This document shows, piece after piece, positions 26,331 to 39,791 of a stretch of DNA of 64,000 nt; position 1 is the stretch's first letter; each line of letters starts with the position of its first letter. The notes beneath the pieces are model-generated. The model made no database searches and was not told where the DNA came from. It saw nothing but the letters and a program-made list of their open reading frames with translations. A program made the position numbers and the translations under genes. Source of the DNA: Azolla caroliniana (lineage: Eukaryota > Plantae > Polypodiophyta); NCBI GenBank assembly GCA_043228905.1, contig JBHGNT010000011.1, forward strand, positions 18,042,001 to 18,106,000, given 5' to 3'.

Positions 26331-28099
26331 TGTTTACCTTTTTCTATAGCCCCTCAATTGCCACATGCCTTCACAATAGAAAGGTAAGTGCCTCCATTGG
26401 GAGAAAGGCCCGCATTTTCCATTAGTTTGAAACAATTGATAAACCTTTTTAGTTGTCATTTGGTAGAGTTGTGGAGCCAATAACCAATTTCCAACCATGT
26501 AAAAGATTATATGTCTCCAATTATGGAAAAGGCACCTAATCATGAACCAAATCCTCTACCTTATGACAAATTTCTCTTTGACAATGGCACTTTTTTTTTC
26601 CAAAAAGAAAAAATTACTACTTCCATTAGTTAAGAAAAAGTACATGGGATAATATACAACTCATATGTTACAAGCCAATTTGCATGGTTACAAGAAAGCA
26701 ACATGTATAAAGGAAACAACAAACCCTCAACACAGTATTACTCGACAGAATCCCCTCAACATGAGCCTCACACAACCCACATTCAGCAAAGACATCCTCC
26801 AATCTCTTCACATTTTAGCACCCACCTCTATGTTTGGTACCCTCGGAGGAAACAACCACTGGGGTGGCTGATAAATCCACTTTGCATTGAGAATGACACT
26901 TTTTATATCTATTTGCTCCCACATTGAACGATAACAAATTGCCATCATCTATTAATAGATCCTTGACTTGGTAGTCACCCTTTTTAGAACATGAATTTTG
27001 ACATTTATGAGAGCTTGACCCACTAATGTAGAATGAATAATATGACTTTCACGAATAGTCTAAAATTGGATTGAATCAACAAATCTCGTTCATATTTTAC
27101 TTCATTACATATGTTGTGTGACTTTCTTCCAATTTAGAATTAAATTTGTGGTGAATAGAGACAACAAATACTTACAAAATACATACTACATCCCAAAGCT
27201 TGGTGATCCAATAGTGTCATCATACTTACCGGATACTCTACCCCAAATGTGGGTGATCCAATAGTACCATCATACATATCAAATACCACATCCCAAAATG
27301 TTGGTTGTCCAATACCTAAATAATTTGATTTCATGCATTTCTGCATATCTACCAACATACTTGTACATGCTTTATTGCTCCAAATCAATGAGCATTGCCC
27401 ACATATGAATCTCCAAATTTAGTGAATTCTAACTTCCCAACAACTTCCTTTAGCATGCGACAACAATCTCAAACTTTGACTGGCAAGTTTTCCCTTCCAA
27501 TTTTGCTCTATGGTCATTGAAATGGGTTTTAAAGCAATTTTTTGGCCTATTTAATTAAAGGTAGATAGAATTGCATATTTACCATGAAAATTGATTGGAC
27601 AATTCTTAGTCTTGCATGTTGTGGCCATGCCACAATTTTCAAGCAGCTTAAATTTTATCTTCCCTTATGCATCAATTCACCATTCTACTTGTTGATTATG
27701 TTCCAACATAGTGGATAGTCCAAGCACCTTATTGTTTGATTTGGACTAAGGCTTCCACCTAGCCATGTTGCAAATTTCAAGTAAATTAGTTTTTGTCTCA
27801 CCTTATGAAATATTCATTCTCCTTTCTAATTGTTAGTGATGTTCCCACCTAGTGGATAGTCCAAGTGACTTACCATTTGATTTGGATTGATGATTTATCC
27901 AAGCCATAACAAGTTTGTCCACACATACGCATCTAGGGGGTGACAACTTAGATTTTCAAAAGTGAACCATGTTGCAATGTTATATAATTGACGTCAAAAT
28001 GGCGTTTTAAGCCTATAGAATATACAAACTACATGTGGCTATTTTTTTATTTGCAAATGTATCATAAACTAACTAGGATTACCATAACATTGGTGAATT

Positions 28100-28400
28100 C
28101 CCATTACAATTTGGTATATTTGGAAGGCTCAATGTTTGAAGGTATTTCAAAATGTGACTGAAAGACCTGCCCAAATAATTTCGGGAATTTGGATAGAGAT
28201 TGTGCATAATCTCAGAGGGTTTTTGGATAGTATAAAAGGTAATACGCATCAAGCAGAGCTTAAGCGTTTGGAGTTTCATGCCATTTGGGACATAGGTATA
28301 TTCTATAGACGGTGTTTTGATAAGGTGGAGTGGTTCTACTCAACACCAAAGTATTTATTTAAGACAATGGTTAGAATTTAGAAAAACATAGGGGATCGAT
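28100..28400 (+). mobile_element. LINE ORF2 C-terminal remnant
   Basis: IISGIWIEIVHNLRGFLDSIKGNT..FHAIW aligns by eye with VIKEIWLTLVHTLKGEYDAIKGDS..FKKTW of the L1 at 38698. Confidence 0.6.
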
Positions 28401-28596
28401 GGTATATCTTGTATGTTTAGCCTTATGGTATTTTCTAATACTAATGTAGTGTCTTTTTTGGGAAAAAAGAAAAAAACATTGGTGGATTCCCACACAGACA
28501 TCAACCAACCACAAACACACACATATAATTGAGAATAGTTTATTTTTTGTGCATATATATAGTTGAGAGAAATTTGATTGTATTAACATGGGGCCT

Positions 28597-28972
28597 CATC
28601 TTTTTTACAAAGTAAAGCTACTTGATTTAAAAGTGCACATGTTGGCAAGGGTCAAAATTTCCATTAGCCAAGTAGAGTAACATAGGGCATTATTCGAAGT
28701 CAACTAATATATCAACTATATACAAGATGTTGTCAATGCAACAATACATCAGAATTTGGATCCTTATCACAAACATACCTTATTCACATCTTTTTTACAA
28801 AGCAAAGCTACTTGATTTAAGGGTGCACATGTTGGCAAGGGTTCAAAATCTCCATTAGCCAAGTAGAGTAGCATAGGGCATTATTCAAAGTCAACTAATA
28901 CATAAACTATATACAAGATGTTGTCAATGCAATAATACATCAGAATTTGGGTCCTTATCACAAACATACCTT
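28597..28972. repeat. Tandem duplication, 2 x 190 bp
   Basis: catcttttttacaaag.aaagctacttgatttaa...ccttatcacaaacatacctt starts at both 28597 and 28787, with high identity. Confidence 0.95.
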
Positions 28973-31900
28973 GTCAAGAGTAATTGAACAACCACAATTA
29001 TGTACCCTTGTCCATTACTAGAGGATCTTAATAGGTTTTATGATTGACAATTAAAGCAAGGTGTCATATGGGCTTGGACAAATGTACTATTGGCTCATAA
29101 CATCCACATGCTACTGCGTCCACCCACTTGAGTTTAAGGGCATGTTATGCCCCTACGAAAATCATCATATTCAAGGGATAGTTGTAGGAATTTGGAAATA
29201 CCTCTTAAACATTGGAAATTACATTTGCTGCATAAGCAAAGAGTGTTCTTGTCACAATGTTGATTAGGTATACTTCGAATACAATCTCTCCTTAAGAATA
29301 GGAGAATCAATCTCTTTATTTGAGATGTAGTACAGAATAAGAAACAATGGTTCACTTGTTATGAACTTGCCCATTCACAAGAATTTTCATTAGTTCAACT
29401 CAAAGATAACCTTCGAGTCCGCTTTCTAAATCCATCGTTCAGTATATGTTTTTTATTGACCTATTTATAATTAGTTACAAGGCGGTACCATTTCCATTGG
29501 CTTAGTTTTGGACTATTTGGGTAGGTTCGGAATTGTGTAACAATTGAGCTGACACCTATGGTTGATTTTTGTTACTTTTAGTTCTCTTTCAGACATTCTG
29601 CTTTATGATTGACTCCAAATTCTTGAAATCTCTTTGAACATCTCACCTTTATATTTGAGTGCTTTTGAGCATGAAATGTTTTGTAAGTTTTTTGGGGTTT
29701 TTACATCACATTGAGTTCAAACTCGAGGCTCCAAATGACGTCAATATTTAATATTAAGAAAAAAACATCGTGCAAGGTTTGTTTTTTAATGTAAATACTT
29801 AATCAACTCAACATTACTCATAATTAAGAATAATTGATCGTCTCAATCAACCTTTTAAGCCAATAATTAATAGATCAATCTTAAAGTTAGAGGTGAAGTT
29901 AGAAATAAGCCTCTAATTCTCTTGATTACCAGCAAGTCTTTCCCAATAGAATCATCATGTGCAAATTAATCTCCAAATTTGACCAATTAGTGCCAACACA
30001 TTGTCTAATTAGAGGGAAACCAATTATTAAAATCTTGATGAAGCCTCAACTTTGACTTATATGTGTGTGTGTGTGTACATGAACTTGATAGTAAGTGATC
30101 ACGTTATGTTAATTTCTATAAATGTTACATATGAACCATGAGACAATACTTATAACACCATATCATATGTCTTCTTTTTTGAGGGAGAGTTTCGGCGCCA
30201 CCTATTTACTTGACGTAGATGAACTTTGGCTTTGCAACATGAAGTGGTTGTGCCAACAACAATCACATCCAAGAGGAGCCCCTCCCAAGTAGTGGATTTG
30301 CCTAACTCACAAAACTCCCCCATCGGCCACCACTCAACACTTCATAGTGGGTGACAATTGTCGACCAACGTTCCCATAGTATATATTGAGCTTGCTTTGG
30401 CCTTCCAAAACAAATGGACGATTTTTTTTAAAAAATTGCTTGTGTAAATTTGACTTTTGCCTTCTCATCTTTATGACGAGAAGGAAAGAGAAACAAAATT
30501 ATGAGAAAATATATTGCATGCAATGATTGTAAGGTAATACAATCCACATCATTAAATGGTAAATGGAATACTCAACTTTCTAGGTACATTCTAATGGATA
30601 ACTTATGTGAGACACTATCTATGATTGGTAAATTACTTATGTGAGACACTATCTATGATAGCCTATAGGTAATTTAATTTACTTATGTGACACACTATTG
30701 TAGAAGACCTAATATGTCCTCGAGGTCAAGTGATGTTAATCCATCCTTCACAAATGGGATATTTTTGCTCTATTCTTTTAAGAAAAGATCATTAATTGCT
30801 TGCCAACCCACTTTTATTAGCACATGGTCGATCATTCTTTCTCTCGCTCGTTTTGTGCTACTCAAAATGTTAATAGCTGCTTAACTATATATATGTACAT
30901 AGATACGTAATTGTTTTTGCATGAAAGCACAATCATTAGAGTATATCAAAGATTGTTTGGGCGTACATGCGTTGGACAATGTGAACATGCAAGCTGGTGA
31001 GTGTACTATGCCATTCAAGTTGGTAATGCTTTCCAACTATGTACTTGTGGCTACATGTGTAGGAGCGTAGTGATTGTTGTTAGCGTATGTGTCACGTGTG
31101 TATATTTTAGGATTGCTCTATGACAAACCCTTGGAAAACGTGAATGGAGTAGCATGAATGAAATTTATTTTTTTTACCACAAAATGTTAATGGCTTCCAG
31201 CTACCTTTACTACTGTTTTACCATATGCATAAGCTTGAGGTGTGGAATATTGTCGAGACTCAATGTACATAAGAGTACACAAGATTTACGCATGGTAATT
31301 ACGAGCGGGGAATTAGAAGGATTATAACTATGAGCTCGAAAAAGATAAAATATCGTCATGATAATTTAGGTATTTGCTAGGTAAGCATTTTGCTCGAAAC
31401 CTCACTCAACGTGGAATACAATCAATAATCGTTTGTATGATATCTAGACCAAGCAATTTTAGTTACTATACCCAATTAATTTTAATTTCAAAGTAGGCCC
31501 TCAAAAAAGATTCACAAGAACATAAGCATCGCAACGAGTGTGTGCTCATGTGAATCACCGGGTCATTGCCATGTTAAAATTCATCATCCCAATTTCTTCG
31601 TTTCATGGTAACATTGAGGTTACACATATGCTTTCTTGGGTGGGCATGCATACACATTATGATATGGTGTCCAACAACATGTGCAAAATTACACATATCG
31701 AGATCGGTCCAGAGACGTTGCGTGCATAGTGCACATTATGTTTGGTTACAACAGGCTTAACACATTCTTACACCCCCAAAAAAACAAGAAACAAGAAACA
31801 TTTCTAAATACATTTTTGAATAGAATCACGCTCTATTTTTCTTTTCAATGTTTTGTTGTAAACATTATATCATGTGGTGTACAAGCAACTAACTTTTCTA

Positions 31901-32231
31901 ACCCTAAAAAAAGATGGACCAAAAAAGGGAATAATACTAACACTATGGTTAATTACAGTGGGGAAGGAAGAGGTGTCCATAGCATTGCATTTTTGCATAG
32001 GGATTTTGAAACAACTGACACACACTATCACCAACGTAGTAAACACCTGACTGAGAGCTTAAGGCAATGACTGATCACCCCCCACCCCGGGGGGGGGGGG
32101 TGGATTCGAACAAAACCCCCCGATGGATCGGTAAGGTTCTTCAAAACAGATTGAAGAACCATTCCAAGACAAAAAAAGAAGAGGATTCGATCTGACCAAG
32201 GCCCGCCGCCCACATTAGGTCCGGATTTCCT

Positions 32232-33620
32232 CTAGAATTCTCGACTGCATTCGACGGGGGCACGCGGGTAACGGGGGCGGTCCGTGCAGTAGTCATAAAC
32301 CATGAACTTGCTCTTCACCCATTGGAGCTTGGATCGATCGAATGCATTGGAGGCCAAAGCATGGGAGCTGGCCAAGCAGGCCCTGGCCGAGGCTGAGGCC
32401 TTGCCGGGGATGCACGCGTCCGCACGGAAGTTGCGGTACGTGGCGACGAACGGGGCGTGCGACCAATCGATCTTGTCGAGGCCGCCACGAGTCGCCCAGC
32501 TGTCGCCGTTCCACACGCTGGAGAATACTCGCATCGGCTGGCGGTTGAGGTACGGCACGCCCGCGCCCGCATTGTTGGAGAAGACCCGGATGGGCAGTCC
32601 GTCCACCAGGAACACCACGCGTTTCCTGGTCCATGTCACGGAGTATGTGTGGAAGTCTGCGGTCGGATCGAACCATAGGTAGATCCGTTGCTCCCTGCCC
32701 CCGACCCCAGCGGAGAAGACGTTCGTCTGCAGAAGGTAGGGCTTCCCGCTTGTGTTGCCCAGGAACTCGAAGTCCAGCTCGTCGTGTTGGTTCGTCTCCG
32801 ACGACATCTATGATACCATTATTCCACAGGGATTTTTCAGTTCGTTTCATGCAATTATGTGACTTATATATAGACAGAGACATGTCAATCTACAATTACA
32901 TGGAGCATGAATCTTAGCCAGGCACACATGTATGTATGTAATTGCATTAACAAGCATTTTTTGGAGCATGCCGAATTGTTGAGTAGAATTCTGTGAGATT
33001 TAGTAAAAACCTGGCCCTAAACAACTAGCATTCTCATGAAATCACCCCCAAAATTCCAACGGACATACATATATGTATGTGTATGTCATTTGAAACATAT
33101 CAGACACGCTTTTAAGCCAAAATGACTCGATTGTTAAGGATTTGCTTACATAGTAGGCCGTCACGGTGCCGGCGGAGTCGCCTGGGATGAGCTTGATCTG
33201 CATGTGGATCGCGCCGAACAAGTAGCTGTCCTTGGAAGCGAATCCAGAGCCTTCATGAAAAAAAAAAGAATGGACACAAAGAAAGGAGCTTGATGAGAGA
33301 GGCCATGGATGCAAAATTTGATTGGTAAAAAGGAGAGAAGAGAATGAACACAAGAAGAGTGATTGTGTCTATAAAGTACAATGATTTATGTGTAATGTGT
33401 GTGCAAATGCGGATTAAATACCTGTGTTTTGGTCGAGAAGGAGTTGGAGGGAGTCGCCGGAGCCAAGGAACTTGACATTGCGGGGCGCCCACGAGACCAT
33501 GAAGTTGTCATTGAAATTGGAGGCGACGGGGGTGGAGGAGGAGGAGGCATGATGGGCAAGGAAGAGGAAGAGGAAGAGGAAGAGGAAGAGGAGGAAAGGA
33601 GGAAGGAGAGGAGAAGACAT
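32232..33620 (-). CDS. XTH: Xyloglucan endotransglucosylase/hydrolase (GH16)
   Basis: Exons 33620-33422, 33250-33150, 32807-32232. Signal peptide; [29 protein letters not shown]; catalytic [11 protein letters not shown] followed by N-glycosylation site NTS; [46 protein letters not shown]. Confidence 0.97.
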
Positions 33621-33820
33621 TGATCGTGACCAGAAGAGATTTTCGAGAGAAAAGAGTGTGGTTTTTAGTTGCAATTTGCACTTAGTAAGTAGTAAGTAGT
33701 AGTTAGTAGAGAAGGAAGTAGTGAGTGTGAGGATATTTTGTTGGTCTTTTTGTAAGGAAGGAAGGGTTTTGAGATTTTAGACTCAAATGTGTGTGTTTGT
33801 GTGTGTGTGCTCTTCTTCTC

Positions 33821-33828
33821 TTATATAG
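33821..33828 (-). promoter_or_regulatory. Putative TATA box of XTH
   Basis: CTATATAA on the minus strand about 200 bp upstream of the ATG, followed by a CA/CT-rich leader. Confidence 0.6.
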
Positions 33829-34074
33829 TCTTCTTCTTTTTCTTCTTTATGTGTTTATGTATGTATGTATGTATAGGGGAAACAGAGGACCACCCAGGTC
33901 GATGCCAGCTGGATTTTCTTAATTTGTGTCGCTTTTTTTTTTGTTTAAATTGAAAAAAAACACAAAAAACAGGTATGTATTAATTCGTTTTCCCGTTTCA
34001 CACTTGCCCTGTGATTTTTATTACAGCTGCTTTCTGGACGCGGACAGGACGTGCTGACCTGGCACACGCTTACC

Positions 34075-34083
34075 TGACGTGGC
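34075..34083. promoter_or_regulatory. TGACGTGGC bZIP site (ABRE/hex, C/G-box hybrid) in the XTH promoter
   Basis: Exact motif inside a locally GC-rich promoter island (34030-34145) with a second GACGTG nearby. Confidence 0.45.
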
Positions 34084-37000
34084 GGCCCTATCATCGCCAG
34101 CTGGCTCCAGCCAATCCCCTTCCCCTCCCTTCATTCAATGGCGCTCACATTTTTCCTTTTATTGATTTTTTCTCCTTTATAATGTTTTATTTGTGAAGTG
34201 AATGAATGAATGAATTGGGGGGGAAATAAATAAATCGATCCGTTTCAACTCCTTTTTGTTTTTGGTTTTTGAAGTGAGACAACAAAACCCTCCTCCTTCC
34301 CTTCGGTTTTTGAAGTACTTTTAACTTTGATGCTTTCATTTGTGTATGTATGTGTGCACGCGCACACACACACACACACACACACACCCGGACGGGTTCT
34401 ATGTCACACATGCCCTTGTCAATGTGATTGAATTATCGTGAAAGCGACACGGTCAAGCACCAAGTAAGTAGTTCACGTTTATTTGTCCTCCTCCTCGATG
34501 TACTGTGTGCCTTCGCCCAAATGCCCTTTGTCTTCTTTCTATTGGATTTGGACTTTTGGGCGCCCTTGCCCTAACACCAATAGCCTCCCCTGTTGTTTTT
34601 CTAGTGGTCCCCACATTTTTGGCCGTGCGTGACAGTGATGCACAGTAAAAATACCTTTTTGACTGTCACTTTGACGATTGCGTGACATCTTTTCTCCAAT
34701 GCGCTAGTTACAACAAATGTTTGGGCCACATTCTGTCCACATAGCTTGCAAACCTTTTACAAAACCGTTTCGTTCATAGTTATTTTGAATGATCAATCTA
34801 TCTTCCATTCTTTGAAAGCTTTTGCATATGATTTCTCGTGGACTACCGTCTTGGAAATCATCATTAGCTTTGTTATGGATTAACTTTGTAGGATTTCCTT
34901 AGAAACCATAATCGAATTGGTTGGACCATCTCTATATCATTGGCTCCGTTGGATTTCTCTTCAATATTTTGTTGGATCTTTGGTTGTATAGATTTGTTTA
35001 GAAAGTTCTCTATATCACACTATTGGATTTTCTCGAGAAGCTTATCTTGGAATATGTCCTCAAGATGATTATTTCGATTTCATCTCGAGGACATATTCCA
35101 AGATTTTGCTTCATTGGCTTATTTCAAATTCTCTAGAAACTTCTCCATTTTAATGTTCTATACAAGGGTTTGGGGATTTCATTCTAAACAAAAATTAATT
35201 TTAGGTCGCCACACAATTTTGTACTTCTATGATTAATCCTCATGGACTCCTTTGTGCATTCTCTTAGACCAAACAAAGTTGATGAATTGATTGAAAATCT
35301 ACAAACTTCTAGAGTAAGAAGACAAATATTCTATTTCCATTTTATAGGCATTAGTTCAAAGGCCACTACATTCGTTTGCAAGCTCTACTAGGCTCTAGCA
35401 ATACACATTAGAGACAATCGAATATGGTGAAGGTATAATTAAAATCATCAATTAATGAATAGAACACAATAAAATGGAGAAGATCACAAAAGAGAAAATA
35501 CTCAAGTTTCTAAACAGAAACAATTACAACATAGTACACCTTCATAAACAAGTATTTCCAAAACCCATACATTGGATAAACGATAATCAACTAGCCATAT
35601 TTCTACTTCCTTATTGGTGCCAATTGTGTGAGGGAATGTAATGACGACTTTTATAAGTTAAAATCACGAAGAAACAAACTAGGTGACATTTTCAATGAAA
35701 CGTGTAGTATGGTATATTTCTATCGATAGCTTCGTGGAAAGGACTAGGATTTAATGAAAAGGAGTTTGACGTTGAGAAGAAGTATGGAAGGCCAAGGTTT
35801 GTAAGGGCTTTGAGAAAAGAAAAGTGAGGGAACCTTGAAGTATGTATTATAGACATAAATGTTGTATTATTTTAATGATTGATTTATTTTCATTATATTC
35901 CCTCGATATTTGCCTCGATGGTATGTTCCATGACTCCCATGTTCACTAAGGATGGGTCAAAGAGGTTTACAACATGTTTTAGCTTACATAAGACTGACTA
36001 GCTTTCAAAACCATATTAAAACGACTTCGATAAATGCAAAGTGGAATCCTTTGCGTCTATTGAGAAGAATGTTTTGAGATGAAGTGTGGTATTGCAAGCT
36101 TTATAATTGACCTTTGGTACATGGATCTCTAATACTCTCCAAAATCACATCAAACAATAATATTCGTGAGTCGTTTACATTCATATGGACAAGTAGCACA
36201 TGTCGCCTAATACCGAGGATGCACAACTTGCTTATGAATACCAACATTAATCTAAAGTAATCATTTTCAGAGCTCCTCTGACACATGTTATGTAAGTTTG
36301 GTATACATTGATGGGTTTTTAAAAAATATCATCTTAACTGTTATTTGCAAACTCTCAAGAATGATGAAAAATATGGTGGAATAAACAATAATTAAAGAAC
36401 TCTTGAGGAATAATTGGGCATTTGCACATGTTTAAATGTATGCTTGAAGCAAGTGATTCAAAAGTTCATGGACAATGATTCAAATTCCTTGAAAAGAGTC
36501 TACATGTACTATGTCCATTCTAGGTTATCCACAATCATGGATTCTTGTATGAGTCATGTTGTGGCATCCTTATCACTAACACAACCTATGAGCCATCGGT
36601 ATCCTAAAAATTATTTGAAACGTGCGTCCTATAAGAAAGTACATAAAGATAAAAGTACAAGTTTTTAGAATGAATGCATTGTGTGTAATGATTTAGACCT
36701 CACAAAGGTTTTGTCTTTTGTGATCCTTTAGTTTTATTTTCCGAGTTATGTCCAGGCTTTACAGCCATCTTCATGGTCATGATTCATTATCGACTAAACT
36801 TGTGGAAAATGTGTATCATATCATATTTGTTTTGTCGCCTAGTTACTAGAATATATATTTCATCACCATATCACATGGTGTGGCATGGTCATGCCATTTA
36901 TGGACAATGAATACTAAGAGTACAAAATCTTTTTTCTCTCTCGTAGAGTATGCTTTTAGATCATGTAAAAATTAGGTTAAATTTATAACACTGGCTATTT

Positions 37001-37849
37001 CTCATTATTTTGAGAGCTTTTGGTTACTTTTATGACCAATGGATTGCAAAATTTGCCTCATTTTATGAAAGCTAAAGGAAATACAACCAATATTCATGAA
37101 ACATTAGTTGAATGTTGGGAGCATTCGAAAGATTAGCTGAAATTTCTACACTTCGAGGGTTTAATAATCCATAAAATTGCCCAACCATTTATATGTAGTA
37201 AGTTCAAAAGGTTCATTATTTTTACCAATTCAAGATGGAACATAAATGTAGCAATTAACTATTACCTCCTATTGTAAGAGGTACTTTTTAGTGCCTATCC
37301 AAATGGCATAGAGCACATGCCAGCTGATTGTGTAGTTAATTTTCTTGGGGCATTGGGCCAATGCCACTAGAGTATGAAGCTCTTTTTCTAAGGGCACAAG
37401 GGCAATGCCAATAGGTTACGTAATTACTTTTCTTAGGGCGCTGGGCAAGCTAGTAGATTGCATATTTACTTTTGCGAATTCTATCAGTTGTTTAATGGTT
37501 TGTGCCTTGTCTCCCAGCTAATATGTAATGATTTCTACTATTTAATGATTTTTTCACTCCATCCATCCTTCCCATGACATTAATGTGTGATGTAACGACT
37601 TCCAAGTTCTGCCATTTATTAATGTCTCTCTTTCCATCCTATTTCTTACCAATACATAGTCCATTGTGTCCCGTTGTTACATTACAATTCAAAATTTTTA
37701 AGACCCCATGCAATAAAAAGTATTTTGAAAGGTTAAATTTAGAGTTGCATTGCAATAACTTGTTTTGTGAAAAAGCTCTTTCATATCCTAGAATGGCAAA
37801 ATAATATCAAGGCCGATTCCATGACAAGATTGTGCTAATTTCTTTGTAT

Positions 37850-38107
37850 ACAACCCCTTTCGAAAGGAATGTGCATCATAAGGAATGGACACTAGTACTA
37901 GTTCTCCCTTGCATGTTAGAGTAGAGTAGTTTCTTGCATGTATTGCACAACTTCTATTATTTCTCTCTTGTATATAAACGTGGGGTAAGTTTCTTGGTTG
38001 AGTTTCCTTTATTGCCATCATTTTGTCTTTGTCCACATTAACAACTAGCTTGCTAATTTGACAGGATGTTTCTAATAGAGTATTGCATAACATCAATAAT
38101 ATATGAG
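37850..38107 (-). mobile_element. RTE-type LINE reverse transcriptase remnant, 3' continuation
   Basis: Minus strand FSYIIDVMQ../LETSCQISKLVVNVDK.KMMAI resumes where the YADD-like segment at 39547 stops. The left boundary is approximate. Confidence 0.65.
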
Positions 38108-38114
38108 AATAATA

Positions 38115-39539
38115 TTCGGTTCAATTGGGAAGGGAGATGTTACGACGTAGGATACCTCATTGGCCGACAATAGCTACAACATGGTTGACTTATAATGTTG
38201 ATTCTACTTAATATGACAACATTTTGGAAATGGCTATGGGCTATGCAAATTCCAAAGAAGATTATTTTATTTAGATGGCTGATTGTTCATTATGCGGTTC
38301 CTGTTAGGGTTTGGATGTATTGTAAGGATGTAGATAAAATGTGTGATTTTTGTGGATTAGAGATGGAGTCTCTTCATCACCTATTATGGTCATGTATGGC
38401 GGCTAAATTGGTTTGGAAAAGGATATTACGTTTATTGCATGATGTATATGGCTCTAGAGTATATAAATGGGGAGCAATGATGTGGGCTACTATTAAGCGT
38501 AAGGTACAAGATTATGAACAAGAAAAGGTTACCTTTGCATTACATACAAGAGGTCGAAATGTTGAGGAAGTGTTCTGTGTATGGATAGTAATTCAATACA
38601 AAATGGGGTGGTTTGGGAGACTAATAGTTCCATAACGTTGTGGGTTTTGTGGACTAGTAGATGTTGAAGGATATTTCAGCAAATTCAATGGAATACTGTG
38701 GAGGTAATCAAGGAGATTTGGTTGACCTTGGTGCATACACTAAAAGGAGAGTATGACGCTATCAAGGGTGATTCAGATGTAGTCCTTCGAAAGAAAGAGG
38801 GTTTTAAGAAGACATGGGAAAGGATGAATGCATTTTACATGGTTAATTCTTGTATACGTTGGAGGTATCAGCCACCTCTCTAGGTATTTCCTCCACCGAT
38901 ATGAAACATGGGGATATGTTAACTGTTATTGAAACATGGATGGATTCATTGAAATAGGTGGAGGGGGATGCTCTTGTGTATGCATTCAGAAGAAGTCCGT
39001 TTCTTTTTATGTGATGGATGGTGTCATGAAGCATTGTTGATTTGCAAGCAACATGTGGAAGGTTATTAGATGCATATAAACTGTTCGAAGGGCTGAGATC
39101 CCTTAAAGTGGGTGTTGATCACATGGTTGTACATGACGGCATGTTTATACATGCTGGAATCATGGATCGAGACATACAAAATGACCTCTATACCATAATG
39201 CTTTGATTGAGTTTTACGTTGAATATGGAAAATAGAGGATGCTTGGTCATAATTTGTAAATGTGGGGGTATATTGGATGCATGTGATGACCCAAAGGTGG
39301 TATTGGGAGATGTTGAATATAAACATGATGAGGAAGATTGATTTGGTTTGAACATATGGCAAATCATGGTATGTTTCAACTATTGAAGAAGTGTTCAAAC
39401 AAGTCTATCAAAAGAAAGATTCATGGCTAGCTAGTGTCTTACACAATACGGGTTGGGGAAGGATAATCATCTCCTTTCTATCATTTTGTATTTTGTAGCT
39501 GATATGGTTTTTTAAACTAATGGAAGGATATGTTTTAAA
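38115..39539 (+). mobile_element. 5'-truncated L1-type LINE (zf-RVT, C-terminus and 3' UTR) with 7-bp TSD
   Basis: FWKWLWAMQIPKKIILFRWLIVH..CDFCGLEMESLHHLLWSC..AKLVW (zf-RVT), then IKEIWLTLVHTLKG..WRYQPP. Short A-tail at about 39537-39540. Flanked by aataata at 38108-38114 and 39540-39546. Confidence 0.85.
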
Positions 39540-39546
39540 AATAATA

Positions 39547-39791
39547 AAACAACATCATTGACATATAGGAGTATAAAAATAAGTAGCTCAATGAGTTTTA
39601 GACCATCTAATCCTTCTTCCTTTGCAACCTTGTTTACTCTTTCTTCTAGTTTATTAGTGCATAGACCAAAGAGTGTGTGCGAGACTGGACACCCTTGTTG
39701 CTCAAGAAGTAATTTGAGAAACCATTTTCCATTTTCAATTAGAATCTAACTTACACTTATAATCATGCTACAATTGCCCTATATGGTCACT

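Noticed and set aside
27222-27260. atacttacc...ccccaaatgtggg resembling pieces of U1 snRNA
   Set aside because: Spacing is far too short, there is no Sm site or U1 stem-loops, and it lies within a local 50-bp repeat.
30601-30700. Three copies of acttatgtga.acactat
   Set aside because: Short local slippage duplication with no further structure.
32293-32917. Six overlapping ORFs on both strands over XTH exon 3
   Set aside because: By-product of high GC and few stop codons; only the 32807-32232 frame has family motifs.
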